NCBI RefSeq assembly: GCF_963921235.1
Contig: NC_086118.1
Span: forward strand, 22,012,001 to 22,076,000
Length of the DNA stretch: 64,000 nucleotides
Reading direction: 5' to 3'
Source: Mobula hypostoma
Lineage: Eukaryota
Below the pieces are notes generated by a model. That model was not told the origin of the DNA, did not search any database, and worked only from the letters and a program-made list of their open reading frames with translations. Both the position numbers and the translations under genes were made by a program. This document shows, piece after piece, positions 61,595-64,000 of the stretch (positions are counted from its first letter, which is position 1; each line of letters opens with the position of its first letter).

Positions 61595-64000
61595 TGTGGT
61601 GGGTGTTCAGTCCATGATGAGCCTGTTTATCTCAACTGCTATTTTTATTGTGACAAGCACAATAACAGACAGGAATGCCATCAGGAGGTGAGAACCAGCC
61701 CACTCACATACAGACGGGGGAGGTGATTGTTACACATCCCAGTTACATTCAGCATGGCACACAATTGAACAACTGTATAACCCGAGCTAAAATGTAACAA
61801 AAAATGAACTTCAACATGTCACCATAATACTACTGAACACGCGCACCGCGAATACCTTTAAAACAAGAACAATAAGTAGCCACCAAGACTGCTGGGGCAA
61901 TCTGTCAACCACACCCCCTGAGCACCACAATGCCCCCACCTGAGGGGTCAGCCGTTACTGACAACCGCAGAGTCCATAACGAAGTCCAAAAGCCCCGGTA
62001 GTGGTTGACATTGATGCCTGGGGTGCTTGGGGGTTTCTGGAGCCTCCCCCCCACCCACCCCAGTGGAGGCACTGTTTGGTGGGGCAAGATCCAGGGCACC
62101 CAGAGTGTCACCTCCTTCTCTCAGCCTTGCTGGGTCGGTGGTGGCCAAGAGCCAATATGTTGCCAGCCGGTTACTGCCTTCTGGTGCTCAGGCAGTCCCA
62201 CCTGGTACACAACATCAGAGATGCAGTCGAGCACCTCTCCCGGCCCCTTCCAGTGGCTTCCAGGCTTGGGGGATAGTGCCTTTTTCTGGGTGGGGCCGAG
62301 ATCCATGCTCGGTCCCCCACGGTAATGTTCTCACCCCGGCTGCGGGCAGCATGGGCCTGTTTTTGGCGGCCGCTAGCTGTGCCCTGGTTCTGCTGAGCTG
62401 TACTGTGAAGAGCCCGCCGGCGCTCCCTGAGGCACTGCAAGTTTCCCAACCCAGCCTCCCCAGGAAGCCCTGACTCGGGATGGAGACCAAACACCAGATC
62501 CATCAGCACGTGTATCTCCCGCCCGAACGTGAGCACAGTCGGTATACAGCTGAACTACTGTCCAGTGTACCGGGGGTAAGCAGTGATCCCAGTCATGCTG
62601 GTGCTGGCTGACGAGGATGACAAGCCTGCAGCCCATCACTTTGCAGGTGGGGGGGGTGGTGTCAATCCACAATTTGGTGATTCCCTGCTGCCTGCAGACG
62701 TCACCAAACACCTGTGCCTCACAGATGCCCCCATGGTTGCTGTGGAGTACCTCAGGGGTGCCAAAACGCAGAAGAACTCCTCTACGAGTGGTAGCATTCT
62801 GGTCACGTGAGCCTCTGGTCATTTTGTGAAGTAATCCTTCGCCACGAGAATGCCAGGTACGGCTACATTGGTGTGTGGGGTGGGGGAAGGGACCCAGGAT
62901 ATCCACCCCTACACCCTCCATTGGGGCCCCCATCAGGTACTGCTGTGTTGGTGCCCTATAATGGCAGCCAGGCCACTTCTGGGTCACAGCAGTGCATGAA
63001 CAGTTCCACGTCCTGCCTGCAACCGGGCCAATAGAAGCATTCACGCAGCTTGCCCTCGTCTTTGCAACCCCAGAATAGCCGGCCCCCAGCAGCCCATGCT
63101 CCGACTGCCGCATTGTGGTGTGGAGCCCCCAGGGGCCCTCCAGCTGCAGGAGATGTCTGTCACTGTCGGAAAACTGCCACCACTGGAACAGCAACCCATC
63201 GCTCACTGGTAGAGTACCCCTGCTGAGAGTGTAAGGCTTTGGCCTCTGGATCCAGGGCAGAGGCCCCTGCCCACTCTGGCCGCCGCCCCACACTCAGCCA
63301 TCCCCTACGTATGGCGGCAAGGAGTTCTTCCAGTTTCCGCAGAGCGTCATCAATAATGGCAGCGTGCACCAGGAGATCGTTCAAACAGATGACACAGAGA
63401 CTCCGTGGTATGTGAGCCAGCATCCTCTCCATCAGGCTCTCAAATGTGGCCGGGACATTACCCAGAAGTGCCACCGTTCTTGACAAATGGTGAAGGCAGT
63501 TTTGGGCCAGGGTGACCTGCAGGTAACCGCTGCTGAACCAGGCCGAACAGCGATACAGTCCAGGGCATCATCAATTCGGTAGGAGCCCTTCTGGGTTTTG
63601 GCATTGAGACGGCAGTAGTCCACGCAGAACCACCACAACCCATCTTTCTTCCTGACCACAGGCCATTGGAGGGCCTGAAGATGTCAGCCGCTGCCATTTC
63701 TTTGATTCACTGCTTCGCTGCCTGACGTTTGGCGAGGGCCAGCTGATGAGGCAGTAGGTGGATGGGCTGGGCGGCCTGGCTGTTAATGTGGTGTTGGACC
63801 AGCAAGAGGTCTTTCAGTCACCACTGCTGGCCCTGATCCAAGTCCTTGTGTCCACCAACACATGGTAACTGATGCCCTCCGCCATGTAGTCCACGTATAA
63901 GCCTTGCTCTTCACCCAAACGGCCCACCCGGGGAGGCGACAATAGAGGGATTCTGCTGGAGGTTTCAGGCAGCATTGGATCACCTTGGGGGACTAAAATT
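61595..64000 (-). mobile_element. Decayed Gypsy/Ty3 LTR retrotransposon (3' part; continues past the window end)
   Basis: LTR at 61595-61929 with TGTGGTG/CACCACA ends and an adjacent PPT-like AGGTGGGGGCAT (-). RT fragments VRKKDG..FCVDYCRLN, GNVPATFESLME and CLNDLLV. Integrase fragments GAPMEGVGVDILGPFP, RFGTPEVLHSNHG and HWKGP. Confidence 0.92.

Noticed and set aside
62373..63293. 306-aa ORF as a host or domesticated gene
   Set aside because: It is a patchwork of in-frame and out-of-frame Gypsy integrase with damaged catalytic motifs, inside an LTR element.
1..64000. CRISPR arrays, operons or rRNA genes
   Set aside because: No regularly spaced repeat-spacer array, gene-dense region or rRNA-like sequence is present; the window is eukaryotic intergenic or intronic DNA.

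Overview
This is eukaryotic, repeat-dense vertebrate DNA. The repeat content (CR1/HER1-type LINEs, V-domain HE1-like SINEs, Rex1, RTE, Penelope-like elements) points to a cartilaginous fish, probably a ray; that is an inference. I found no host protein-coding gene, rRNA, true tRNA or CRISPR array, and every recognisable ORF is transposon-derived. Highlights: (1) a decayed class-I (gamma/epsilon-like) endogenous retrovirus at 3940-8029 (-) with two LTRs, a 5-bp TSD, a tRNA-Pro PBS, Gag MHR and CCHC knuckle, protease, RNase H and integrase C-termini, a candidate splice donor/acceptor pair, and RT and integrase core deleted, plus a solo LTR of the same family at 30681-31073; (2) Penelope-like elements carrying minimal hammerhead-ribozyme motifs and recurrent inverted 5' ends, two with 13-bp TSDs; (3) a Tc1-derived MITE family with three TIR copies, one hosting an IR/DR Tc1 transposon; (4) a young, frameshift-free CR1 nested in an old CR1; (5) RTE, Rex1, Gypsy, hAT MITEs, solo LTRs and SINEs, often nested. 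Boundaries were read by eye. Those defined by TSDs or TIRs are accurate to a few bases and the rest are approximate.
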